Notes: generated from the sequence alone by a model not told the origin. A stretch of DNA of 64,000 bases from Candidatus Bathyarchaeia archaeon (GCA_049513715.1 JBEKVV010000001.1:736001-800000), one strand, 5' to 3'. Positions 48,581-57,893 are shown, counted from the stretch's first letter. Numbers and translations: made by a program.

Positions 48581-49033
48581 TCACGATTTGAGCGGGCTTG
48601 AGCGTTTGCGGGACGCAATCATGACTGATTCCTGCGCCTTCGCACAAATCAGCAAGCCCTGGCGCAGAGATTTGTTGTATGCCTCGTTGCGTGAAGCACC
48701 CCACATTTCAGCGAGAATGGCGATTTGATCGCAGACGGAGTTCGGGAGACCAAAGGTAATCAACGCGGATTTCCGACCTAGAATCCTCTGAGCATAAGGC
48801 CGTGCGCCAAACTTGAAGCTAAAGCTCCTTGATGGTCTGAGGAGCTCCAACCCACCCAGAATTGTGCTCGCGGCTGTTTCGGCCTCGGGGTTGTCTACGG
48901 TTAGGAAGAAGAATGCTGCACCGAGAAAGATGACCACTCGAAGGAAATCGGCCAGTTGCCAAGCTCTTGCAAGTTCTTTACATTGAGCTGCAATCTGCCT
49001 CGGAACCCTAACCGTAACAGCTAGGTACGGCAG
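48581..49033 (-). CDS. Putative tandem ribbon-helix-helix protein, CTG start
   Basis: The frame extends upstream to CTG behind GGAGG. Two RHH-like segments: VTVRVPRQIAAQCKELA...LADFLR and ITFGLPNSVCDQIAILA...SRNEAY. Confidence 0.5.
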   Translation of the reverse strand: MPYLAVTVRVPRQIAAQCKELARAWQLADFLRVVIFLGAAFFFLTVDNPEAETAASTILGGLELLRPSRSFSFKFGARPYAQRILGRKSALITFGLPNSVCDQIAILAEMWGASRNEAYNKSLRQGLLICAKAQESVMIASRKRSSPLKS

Positions 49034-49338
49034 GTTAGTTCCTCCGAAGTTGTACCACTTCGTGTACGAATGTATTGGGCAGCATACACATTACATCATA
49101 GGGTGTCAGACACCCCACCACGATAAACCCTGAAGGGCCAAACGCCATGTGAGAGAGATGGTTCACGGGCCTCGCTCGGAGCACAAAAACAAGGGCTGGA
49201 AAGCCAAGTTTTTCCATCCAAGAGAGATGGGCTTCTAAAGCATCGGTCTTCCTTGGTACTAACTTCCGAAAGGGGGCTAGACTAGGAGACGCCGAAGCAC
49301 GTAAACGAAGCTACACTGATATTCAATCAGTTGAGAGC

Positions 49339-49718
49339 ATGATCATTTTTCGGTTGCGATACACAGCCATTGAGGTCACTGACCTAGACCGGTCCGGTTC
49401 TATACGGAAATCCTTGGAATGAGGATCAGAAGCCGCCAGAAAGTGGTTCAAACAAACGGGGAAATGGCTGCCATCGAATCCGAGGATTCCGACCATCGGT
49501 TGGAAATTAACCATTATGGAGGCCACAAATACACCCCTGGAGACCAGCTCGACCACATAGCCTTTGAAGTCGAAAACTTGGATGAAGCCCTACCTGAACT
49601 GAAAGCCAAAGTAATTGAACCTGTGTCATTCGTCAGAAAATCAGAAAATGCCAAGTGGACGTACATTGCCGACCCCGACGGAATATGAATAGAATTCTTG
49701 CAAGTCAGGCATATCTGA
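49339..49718 (+). pseudogene. VOC/glyoxalase (lactoylglutathione lyase) family pseudogene
   Basis: YTAIEVTDLDRS / frameshift / FYTEILGM...HIAFEVENLD...DPDGI*IE; TGA at the conserved Trp position. Confidence 0.85.
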
Positions 49719-50419
49719 CGATTCTTGAATCCATGCACGAAGAACACTCACCAAAACCACTATGTCAAGTGTCGCACCGGTTTTCCCGCTGACGCCGGCT
49801 ACGATCTTTCCAGTTGAGTTTTCGGATTAGATTTCAAAATCCGACTATTGTCCACTTTCTCCAAAATATTGGAATGTTCTGGAACACTCTGAAAAATTGG
49901 ATGAGCTACGCAAATCGCCAAACTGAGCAGATTGTCGGCGGGTATCGTTCCGTGGGAAAATCCGGTTCATATTACTAAGTAAATTCCGACGGAATTTACC
50001 GTACGCGGCTTTTTGGCGCGAGAGATCGGAAAGGGGCAGGAAGGAAGAAAAAGGAAAATCCGGGGGCGACGGCCGAAAAAACGCCGAGCGAGGCAGATTG
50101 GCCGGCCGAAGCGAAAGGAGGGCAAGGAACGAGAACCGGTTGGTGAGAGAGGAAAGGGTATTTTCAGCCGCCTCCGATGGCAGCAGGACCACACCATTTC
50201 ATTAAACAGCCATAGCTACGTACCGAGAGGCCAAAGTGATAGGTGAAATGGAGTGCTGAACGAACTGAACTGGGGAAAGGAACCTGCTAAGAAGAAATAT
50301 TAGCCGCCGAGATTGTTAGATTTGAAGAGAAAAGGGGTCGCACCTTAGCATAGAAATCAGCTAACTGCTAAAGAAGAACATTCACGGACACCCTTGAAAG
50401 AACCTGGAGCATAAAGAAC

Positions 50420-50791
50420 TTGGAGAAAACAAGCCGATGCGTCATTTGTGGCCAGCAGCTCCAGTACATCTTCGGCAGGCCACGAAAGCTATGCGGAAAC
50501 AAGGCTTGTTACCTAGAGTGGAAGATGCGCCGATACCAGAACCTGCAATTCATCGCCCGTACGAGGCGACTGTCCAGCGCCGATTTCGAGTATGCGGAAC
50601 CCATCTGCATCTGTGGAAGCGACCACTTCGCCTGGACCATGGAAGGCGTATTCTGCCTCGAATGTGGCCTGCAAGAGCCTCTGTTCTCGATTGAGCCTTG
50701 GATTCCAGCCGAATTTGCGCCCAAACCGGCCTGCACTTGCACCCAGATCTGTAAGCAGTCGGCTCCGTACAAGCTTTGGGCCTACGTCTAG
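50420..50791 (+). CDS. Cys-rich putative multi-zinc-finger protein
   Basis: CVICG...RPRKLC...C, CICG...CLECG, CTC...C. Confidence 0.6.
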   Translation: MEKTSRCVICGQQLQYIFGRPRKLCGNKACYLEWKMRRYQNLQFIARTRRLSSADFEYAEPICICGSDHFAWTMEGVFCLECGLQEPLFSIEPWIPAEFAPKPACTCTQICKQSAPYKLWAYV

Positions 50792-50864
50792 CAGGGATTT
50801 CGCACAGCTCCTGGTTGGCGCGGACCTACATTAGCCAGCAGAAAAGATGTCTAGACTATGTTAT

Positions 50865-51104
50865 ACACCGCTGAACACCCCGAAGTGGTCCCACTTCAGA
50901 AATGAAGTAATGCCACTTGTCGAGCTGTAGGCGGGGCCCACCCTTCTTTTGGGTAGAGTGTACCCTCCTGTGTGAATGTGTGTGGTGGCGCATACATTCG
51001 GGCAAGATGAAGGACCACTTTCACCGCAGGGACCCCCCTCCTAGGGGGGGTACCAAGTAGCTCAGAGCGGTGTTGGGCGGAGTTTGTGATGGACTTTCTG
51101 CCCA
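50865..51104 (+). ncRNA. Unidentified highly structured RNA candidate
   Basis: Seven mutually compatible helices, including two nested long-range stems. G-U pairs and a GAAA tetraloop favour the + strand. Confidence 0.5.
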
Positions 51105-51197
51105 TCAAAGTGGGTATTATATGAAGTTCTAACGTGTGTTTGTGCGGCACTGAAAGCGCTGTCCCGCTGAGAACAGATTCAAACTGTTTTGAACGCA

Positions 51198-51719
51198 TTA
51201 ACGCATCATTCTGCCTTCACGGTCAATCCGGCCTCGTCGAATCCGGGTTGAGGAAATTGGCCGTCGGTCGTCCGCGAGGATCAGGTCAATCGGAATAATC
51301 GCAAGCGGTTTCAGCCCTCTCGACTTCCTTTTGGCGTTGATTTCGTAGGCGGTTTTGATTGTTCGACGGCTGACGACCAGAGCTTGGATGCGCGGATCGG
51401 TTACGGTAGGCCCGAAGCGGTCCTGCAGTGGAACAATCGTGGCTCTTGGTCTAAGTTTCAATCGTGCTAGGAGATGGGCCAAGTCTCGCTCGCGGCGTGC
51501 GTAGCTGTCGACCTTGTGAGGCTTGTGGAGTCTGCGGACGAATATTTCGCTAGAGACTCCTATCATGACTTTGCGGCCGACCTCGAATGCTTGTTTGAGG
51601 AGTTGACGGTGACCGCGGTGGAGGACATCAAATGTCCCGCCCATCGCGACGAGCTTGAATTGGGGTTGATGTGCAGGTTCGGCTTTTCTTTTGGCCGAGC
51701 GACCCGCTAGCCGCGCCAT
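51198..51719 (-). CDS. coaD: Phosphopantetheine adenylyltransferase, archaeal type
   Basis: GGTFDVLHRGH, L.D.FGP, LVVS, IN..R...GL.PL, ISSTRIR.G.ID. Confidence 0.92.
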   Translation of the reverse strand: MARLAGRSAKRKAEPAHQPQFKLVAMGGTFDVLHRGHRQLLKQAFEVGRKVMIGVSSEIFVRRLHKPHKVDSYARRERDLAHLLARLKLRPRATIVPLQDRFGPTVTDPRIQALVVSRRTIKTAYEINAKRKSRGLKPLAIIPIDLILADDRRPISSTRIRRGRIDREGRMMR

Positions 51720-51773
51720 CTTTGATGCAATGGCTGCTCTCCAGCAAAGACATTTAGTGCTTTGGATTGGCTT

Positions 51774-52706
51774 TCAGCTACCCGAAAGCCGCACGCCTCT
51801 ATCATCGAGTCGACTCGCGAAAACCCTTGCCGACGGAAATGCCGAGTGAACAGCCCGCATTACGCGAGGAACCCTGGAGTTTTCAGCAACTGCATGAACA
51901 GCCTTTCCGATCATGTTCTGCCCCACCCCCACGACTCCTGCAGACTCCATGATCCTCACAAGTTGCGCAATTTCCGGTGTTTGAAATCCTGCGTTCTCAG
52001 CGAATCTTCGCACTTCGCTGAGAAATGTCCTCAGGTCCGGTTTGCTGCGAATAGATTTCATAGCATGTCGGGCAGGAGGGTTTACTCTCGCAGCCAAGTC
52101 AGATTGCGAGAGAGCTTCGCGAGTAGGAATCGATCCCAGATACACGCATACGATTGAATGGTTCTTTGGAAAGATCAGTCGGTCAACCAGACCTATGCCA
52201 GGCGGGCCGGGCTCGGTAACTAGAACGAAGCCTCCAATGAGGACAGGGTATGCGGTTCCCAAACCCGTATGGTTTAGGACCTCAGCGACGTGCGTCAGTT
52301 CGCCGATCTCGTTTATTGAAATCGGAAGCTGAGCGGCATCGGCAAGAGCGAGGCATGAAGCAGCTGTTCCTCCAGCACTTGTGCCATATCCAGCCCCGAT
52401 TGGAACCTTCACTTTCAGGTTGACTCGAACATCTTGTGTCGAACCGACTCTTTCGAGCAAATGCTCGAGTGCCCATCTTGTTGTGTGGGCTTCTGGTGCA
52501 GGTCTTCCGTTTATTCGGATTGCGATGGTTGTCTTTGATGCTTTGTTGGCTGTGATGGTTGCGGAGATTCCAAGTTTGAGGGCGAAGCCGCCACCCCTGG
52601 CGCCAATTCGGATGGGATCTGTGATGGGTTTGCCTTCGGCATCGGTTGTGCAGATTTCGAAGAAACTGGATATGGCGGCAGGGGATACTGCTTCCGAAGA
52701 GGGCAA
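51774..52706 (-). CDS. Pantoate kinase (GHMP family)
   Basis: P..ISSFF, GARGGG, PIGAGYGTS, AEV...TGLG, PG.PG.G, QNMIG. Confidence 0.88.
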   Translation of the reverse strand: MPSSEAVSPAAISSFFEICTTDAEGKPITDPIRIGARGGGFALKLGISATITANKASKTTIAIRINGRPAPEAHTTRWALEHLLERVGSTQDVRVNLKVKVPIGAGYGTSAGGTAASCLALADAAQLPISINEIGELTHVAEVLNHTGLGTAYPVLIGGFVLVTEPGPPGIGLVDRLIFPKNHSIVCVYLGSIPTREALSQSDLAARVNPPARHAMKSIRSKPDLRTFLSEVRRFAENAGFQTPEIAQLVRIMESAGVVGVGQNMIGKAVHAVAENSRVPRVMRAVHSAFPSARVFASRLDDRGVRLSGS

Positions 52707-52716
52707 AGTTCTCTTC

Positions 52717-53493
52717 CTAGGACTTGGCGCGGCTGGAACTCTGATGATACTGCAGACTCGGAAACGCTGCTTTGCACGCCGCCACAACGGGCGGCGTTAG
52801 CAGAATCAAGAATGGGATCTCGGAAAGGTACGTGAAGGCTGTAGTTGCGTACATGAAGGCCGTTGGCAGCGCACCATTGCCGAGCCCTAGCACGCCTGGC
52901 AGTGTGAAGATTGTGCTGTAACCTACAATCCCAAGGCCAATGATGATGCTTCCAACGCCGAGCCCGATTGAGGAGGCAACCTCAAAGTCAGCCCACCGAT
53001 TTCGTTTCACCGTGAACCCGAGTATCACGATTACGGCCAGCAGACCTACAAAGGAGACGAGAAATTGCGGGCTTCCGAAGCCCCCGGTTCCAGACAGTAA
53101 GTATACGCCGTAGGCAGTTAGGACAATTGGAATGAGAAGACTCAATCCCAACAGGACACGTTTCACTGCTGCGGACGGGTTTCTGTGCGTCAACCAGCCG
53201 ATTAGAAAGAACCCGACGAAATTCGAAGGAACACCTACTAGGAGACTTAGGAGTGGATCATGATGGCCGTAGAAAACGTCGGCAATGAATATTCCAATTG
53301 CGGCTCCGACTCCTCCGGTCCATGGCCCGAAGAGGACGCTAAAGGCTGCGGGGACGAACACTTGAGGCCAGAACCGAACCCCAAAGACCGTCACGGGGAA
53401 AACGGTCCATAGAAGCCCAATGAGCGCATAGAGTGCGGCGTTTACGACTGTAGTTGCCAACCGCAACGACGCGGGGAGAGTTTTGGTTGCCAA
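52717..53493 (-). CDS. ECF transporter S component
   Basis: AALYA, VRFWP, LFGPW.GG.GAAIG.FI.D, G.P.NF pattern. Confidence 0.8.
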   Translation of the reverse strand: MATKTLPASLRLATTVVNAALYALIGLLWTVFPVTVFGVRFWPQVFVPAAFSVLFGPWTGGVGAAIGIFIADVFYGHHDPLLSLLVGVPSNFVGFFLIGWLTHRNPSAAVKRVLLGLSLLIPIVLTAYGVYLLSGTGGFGSPQFLVSFVGLLAVIVILGFTVKRNRWADFEVASSIGLGVGSIIIGLGIVGYSTIFTLPGVLGLGNGALPTAFMYATTAFTYLSEIPFLILLTPPVVAACKAAFPSLQYHQSSSRAKS

Positions 53494-53790
53494 GATGATT
53501 CCCCCCGGAGATATTTCGTTTGACTATTCTAAGCTTGCCCTGAGGATTTGTATGCGAGGGTCGCCTACTACGAGCCATCTTTGAGAGTGCTTTGCGTGCT
53601 CTCTAGAATTCAGGCAACGCTTCATTTGCAGGCAGCATCAAAGCCGACGAAAAGTAACAGCCCAACAGAACAGACGAAGAGGGACAATTATCATGTTATC
53701 CAGATTGGGGGTTGGAGTCGCGGCAATTCCAGCGCGTCGTGGCCTCAACGAAACGTTAAGATACGGTGGTTAGTGGGCATTAGCGCTTGT

Positions 53791-53953
53791 AGCCCGGTGG
53801 TGTAGTGGTCAAACCAGCAAATGGGACTATGCATAGCAATGGCGCCAGAATAGAACTGCCACTAAACGGCTCTGGATCCCCTCCACCAAAAGGAGAAACC
53901 TGCCGACGGGAGAACAACCAAAAACCCGAATTCGAATCTCCCCCGGGCTACCA
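53791..53953 (+). tRNA. tRNA-Gln(CTG) with four introns (21/22: 53813-53830; 29/30: 53839-53867; 37/38: 53876-53897; 53/54: 53913-53930)
   Basis: The spliced product is a 76-nt cloverleaf: AGCCCGG TG GTGT AGTGGTCAA GCAT A GCAGG CTCTGGA CCTGC CGAC GGGAG TTCGAAT CTCCC CCGGGCT A CCA. It has A1-U72 and G15-C48 pairs; TATA-like TTAAGA near 53756. Confidence 0.93.
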
Positions 53954-54152
53954 ACAACCATTGTAAATATCTTCGGTCGGGGTACCATTGAGTTCAGATT
54001 GAAAGTCTCCAATGTGAGATGAAGCTTACGAGTCACCATTCCTGAAGAAAAACACAGCCTAAGGCACCCACCGTCAATTAATCATGGGCCGAACCGGATC
54101 CTCTAAGGGTGCCATACACCTATGCTGGCCCTGCATCATCTAAAAACACGTT

Positions 54153-55691
54153 TCATTCCAGGGAACCAATAGCTTTCTCCACTTCCACAAGGATTTCGCA
54201 TGACTTCACGAGTTCCTTCATCTTGTTGTGATCGGGATGAAGCGGGCGGTCGATGTCGAGATACTTGACGTGTTTACGGATCACATTATGAGCAACTTGT
54301 GTTCCCTTTCCGAATTCGTATGGTGTTTCATATTTTTTACGTAAGTCAAGGGCTTGGGCAGCGGCCATGAATTCAATTCCCAAAATGCCATAAGCATTGT
54401 CGAGTATCTGGAAATTCTTCAGGGCGGTGTTCATGCCCATGGAAACGAAATCTTCCTGGTCGGCAGCAGCCGGGATCGACTGCATGGAGGCCGGCATGCA
54501 AAGGATTCGCTGTTCTACGATCTGCATATCAGCGGTATATTGGCTTAACATTAGCCCGGAGAACATGCCGGCGCCCTTAATCAGGAAGGGCGGAAGCCCC
54601 ACGCTGAGTGCCGGGTTATTCAGGCGGTTCATGCGGCGTTCAGAAAGTACGCTTACCATTGTTACTGCAACACCTATCATATCCATAGGCAAGGCAATGG
54701 GCGAGCCCTGGAAATTGGCGCCTGAGAGTACCAAGTTTTCATCCGGGAAGAAAAGAGGATTATCCCCCACACCATTGAGTTCGATCTCTACCTGTACTCT
54801 GGCAAAGCCAAGCGCATCATGTGCTGCACCAATCACCTGCGGTGTGGAACGCATTGAATATGCATCCTGCACTTTCACTTTTAGACGGCCTTCAGATAGG
54901 TCACCGCCAGCTGCTACCGTGCGGATTGATTTTGCACTGCGGACGCCACCGGGGAAACCGCGTACTTCAAGAATTAATCCATGATACGGTTTGAGGTTGG
55001 CTTTCAGCGCCTCCAGCGACATGGCACAGGCTATTTCAGCCTGCTTAAGCCAGTTGTTGGTGTCATATATCATCAGCGCCGACATGGCGGTAAGTACATT
55101 GGAACCATTGATAACGGCCAGACCATCGCGTACCTCCAGTCCGGGAATGGAGATACCTGCGCGTTCCATGGCCACATGGCCGTCCAGAAATTCACTCTTG
55201 TAATAGGCATGCCCTTCACCCATCATAAGCAAAGCAATCTGCGACATGGGTGCTAAATCACCGCAAGCACCCACCGACCCTTTGGTGCATACATAGGGCG
55301 TAACACCCTTGTTCAACATATCCACTAAAGTTTGGGTAATCGCCAGGCGGCAACCGGAATTCCCGTGTGCATGAACGTTGATACGCGCCAGCATCGCACC
55401 ACGTACCCAGTCAATGGGCATGGGATCGCCTATGCCTGCAGCATGATTGTAAATCAAATACCTCTGAAAATCCTTTACCTGATCATCGTTGAGCACTATC
55501 TCCGAAAATTCGCCTATACCAGTATTGACACCGTACATGATCTCATGGGCTTCAACTTTTTTCTCAAGCATCGCGCGGCACGAATTGATCCTTTTAATGG
55601 AATCGGGATGCAGTTCCACTTTTTCGTCATGACGTGCAACGCGTACAACGTCTTCAATGGTCAATCCTGAACCACTGATCACCAGTGTCAT
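54153..55691 (-). CDS. Aromatic amino acid ammonia-lyase (HAL/PAL family), ACG-type MIO motif
   Basis: YGVNTG.G, GSVGACGDLAP, NG, QDAYSMR..PQV.G, DNP, QED.VSMG. Confidence 0.93.
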   Translation of the reverse strand: MTLVISGSGLTIEDVVRVARHDEKVELHPDSIKRINSCRAMLEKKVEAHEIMYGVNTGIGEFSEIVLNDDQVKDFQRYLIYNHAAGIGDPMPIDWVRGAMLARINVHAHGNSGCRLAITQTLVDMLNKGVTPYVCTKGSVGACGDLAPMSQIALLMMGEGHAYYKSEFLDGHVAMERAGISIPGLEVRDGLAVINGSNVLTAMSALMIYDTNNWLKQAEIACAMSLEALKANLKPYHGLILEVRGFPGGVRSAKSIRTVAAGGDLSEGRLKVKVQDAYSMRSTPQVIGAAHDALGFARVQVEIELNGVGDNPLFFPDENLVLSGANFQGSPIALPMDMIGVAVTMVSVLSERRMNRLNNPALSVGLPPFLIKGAGMFSGLMLSQYTADMQIVEQRILCMPASMQSIPAAADQEDFVSMGMNTALKNFQILDNAYGILGIEFMAAAQALDLRKKYETPYEFGKGTQVAHNVIRKHVKYLDIDRPLHPDHNKMKELVKSCEILVEVEKAIGSLE

Positions 55692-55829
55692 ACTATCTCT
55701 CCTTATTTTCAATACATCTTAATTTGTTATGAATGTTCCCAAATTTCAAAGGGATACCATCATCCCGGTCTAGCGGTGCACGCACACACACAAGAAAATA
55801 ATCGGAGCGTTGTAGAGTCTGTCTTGTCA

Positions 55830-56294
55830 TCATTTCCTGTGGCCATAGTCTCTTTCGAGCGCTGCCACATATTTGTCCCAGACTTCGTGGGTATGCTTTA
55901 CATCTTGTGCTTTGGTCGGCGCCTTGCGTATCTTGTAATGTTCTATGAATTTCATGTCGAGCTTAGTCCTTCGAGGCCCAAGTTTTGTCAACACGTAGTC
56001 GCCTGCTTCGTCATCCTCATCGCTTATGAAGTCGAGGTGCCAGGCCTTTGGCGGATAGAGTGTAACTACATTCACGGCGCTTCTGGGTTTACCACTGCTC
56101 ATATATGCTGAAGTGTAGATCACCCGATGCCACGTCTTTAGCAGGATTTTTCGCTTCCGTTTTGAACCTGTTATCTTAGGGTCGCTTTCTCGATAGTCGG
56201 TACACCAATCATAGACAAATCGAAGTGGAGCTCTAATAGTCTTTGAGACGTGGAAAGTGTGAGTTTTGGTATACCTAACGCCTTTCAAGTCCAA
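55830..56294 (-). CDS. Hypothetical protein, SRPBCC/START-like
   Basis: SKTIRAPL..VY.W.TD start and C-terminal W......LE helix. Confidence 0.6.
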   Translation of the reverse strand: MDLKGVRYTKTHTFHVSKTIRAPLRFVYDWCTDYRESDPKITGSKRKRKILLKTWHRVIYTSAYMSSGKPRSAVNVVTLYPPKAWHLDFISDEDDEAGDYVLTKLGPRRTKLDMKFIEHYKIRKAPTKAQDVKHTHEVWDKYVAALERDYGHRK

Positions 56295-56582
56295 TATCCC
56301 TGTATGCGAGTGACGCCTCGGGGGTATTTACTATTGCGCAAGATCAATGCAATCAAAGAGCTGGGCCATTCAACAAAGGGCGCTCAAGCGGAATTTTTGG
56401 CCATTCACTTTTTCATAGGTGTGGGTCTAGTGTAGGGGACCAAGAAACTGCCGACACGCCCCCCTCATAGAGCCTACGCATCAAGGTCGGGGAAGAATTA
56501 CGGCTTGGGATGCGTTCAATTTGCGTTTTGAAATGGAAAACGGGGGTGACTGGGAGCGTATCCTCCCAAAGTTACTTTCGGT

Positions 56583-57107
56583 TTATGCCTTAAGGTTAGG
56601 CTGGTACGCGAATAGTGTTTCGCTTCTTGCGATCCCATCAGTATGGGCTAGCTGTTCGACGGTTGATTTCATGAGTTGCTCGTAGTTCTGAGCCTTGTAA
56701 CTCATGATGATGTCGAACTGACCTGGAATACTCCACGCGTCGTATATGGCAGGTATGCTCTTCAGCTTCTGTAAAACTTCCGGTAGTGGCCTGTTGACTG
56801 ATAGTAAGCTGAATCCCCAAACGCCCTGCGCGTCAAGCTTCTGACCGTTAACGAATCCATCATTTGCCGTGAAAGTACTGGTAACATTTACACCGTGGAT
56901 ACTGCGTATTTTGTTGACCATATTGAAAACTTGCTCTGGGTTACTGTTCTTGATTCGCATAATGATATCGTATCGACCGGTCACTGGTGCGCTGAACTCT
57001 ATCTCGCTGTACTTGCGTAGCTCCTCAACCACTTGTGGCACACGGTCACGCTGGACCTTGGCGAACACGTAAGTCGGGAACATTTTGTTTGCTTGCATTG
57101 TATTCAC
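56583..57107 (-). CDS. Tandem Lrp/AsnC ligand-binding (RAM) domain protein
   Basis: Two repeats (VTGRYDII...IRSI.GV..TST; IPGQFDII...GI.RSET); no HTH. Confidence 0.85.
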   Translation of the reverse strand: MNTMQANKMFPTYVFAKVQRDRVPQVVEELRKYSEIEFSAPVTGRYDIIMRIKNSNPEQVFNMVNKIRSIHGVNVTSTFTANDGFVNGQKLDAQGVWGFSLLSVNRPLPEVLQKLKSIPAIYDAWSIPGQFDIIMSYKAQNYEQLMKSTVEQLAHTDGIARSETLFAYQPNLKA

Positions 57108-57152
57108 CTACTAACTCCAAGTATCGATAACGCCAGTCATACCTGTATCATG

Positions 57153-57189
57153 CTTATAAGACTTGTTACCAAAAGATATATCTGTAACA
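57153..57189. promoter_or_regulatory. Divergent promoter with palindromic TATA (CTTATAAG) and operator-like TGTTAC-N14-GTAACA
   Basis: Inverted repeat at 57164-57169/57184-57189 encloses the palindrome AGATATATCT, between two divergent regulatory genes. Confidence 0.55.
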
Positions 57190-57215
57190 TTACCTAATTC
57201 AGACATGAACGAGCC

Positions 57216-57893
57216 ATGAAAACGGCAAGACCAACGATATCCGGAGTCGTAGTGGACCTCTTAACGCGAAACCATCCCGTTTACGAACACATTCGGATGG
57301 GGCTCATCAACTATCACGCCTTGGCCGCGAGAATCAAGCCTACCGTGGACCGGACTACTGGCAGGGACGTGAACGTTAACACGATAGTCGTAGTCATCAA
57401 GAGGTTTTCAGACGCACAGTCCAAGCTAGGGCTACCGCTCACCATGTCCGTACTTAGAAATTCGAAAATGACATTGAGTAGTGGAGTGGTCGACGTAACA
57501 ATTACCCCTAAGCGAGAAGCTTTCATCACCGAATTGAAGAGACTCGTGGATCTATCTACTGAGCTGAACGAACGCCCTCACATCTTCCCACTCGTAAGCT
57601 CCATCAAGATCATAGCCGATGCAAACGATTACGGAAAACTGAAAACGACACTGAAGAGTCGATACCCCCTAAAACCTCGACTGAACGCGGCGAAGATCAC
57701 AATACATCTATCCGAGGAAGCTGGGAGGTCACCTGGAATCGCAGCGTACATAACTGACCTGCTCTACCGCAACGGAATAAACATCGTAGACGCATTCCTA
57801 GGATACGAAGAGATCATCCTGATCCTCGATGAGTCAGATGGACCACGAGCCTACACGATATTGGAAGAGGAGACCGGCAAGGGTCGCAAGTAA
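57216..57893 (+). CDS. ACT domain-containing putative regulator
   Basis: GLINY.ALA..I N-terminal domain and C-terminal PGI.AY...L...GINIV ACT repeat. Confidence 0.85.
   Translation: MKTARPTISGVVVDLLTRNHPVYEHIRMGLINYHALAARIKPTVDRTTGRDVNVNTIVVVIKRFSDAQSKLGLPLTMSVLRNSKMTLSSGVVDVTITPKREAFITELKRLVDLSTELNERPHIFPLVSSIKIIADANDYGKLKTTLKSRYPLKPRLNAAKITIHLSEEAGRSPGIAAYITDLLYRNGINIVDAFLGYEEIILILDESDGPRAYTILEEETGKGRK

Noticed and set aside
49686..49688. TGA recoding (Sec or Trp) in the glyoxalase gene
   Set aside because: The gene also has a frameshift, and TGA is used as a normal stop across the window, so this is simple decay.
49800..50000. Chromosomal replication origin
   Set aside because: Only weak mini-ORB-like words, no repeated ORB with G-string, and no cdc6/orc1 gene in the window.
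50013..50246. Arg/Lys-rich 77-aa ORF
   Set aside because: Probably a by-product of the purine-rich tract; no Shine-Dalgarno or family pattern.
50865..51110. RNase P or SRP RNA identity for the structured region
   Set aside because: Fragments such as GAAAGTCC and AAACTCCGCCC on the minus strand are suggestive, but the P4 partner and conserved order are missing. No SRP helix 8 motif is present, and G-U pairs favour the + strand.
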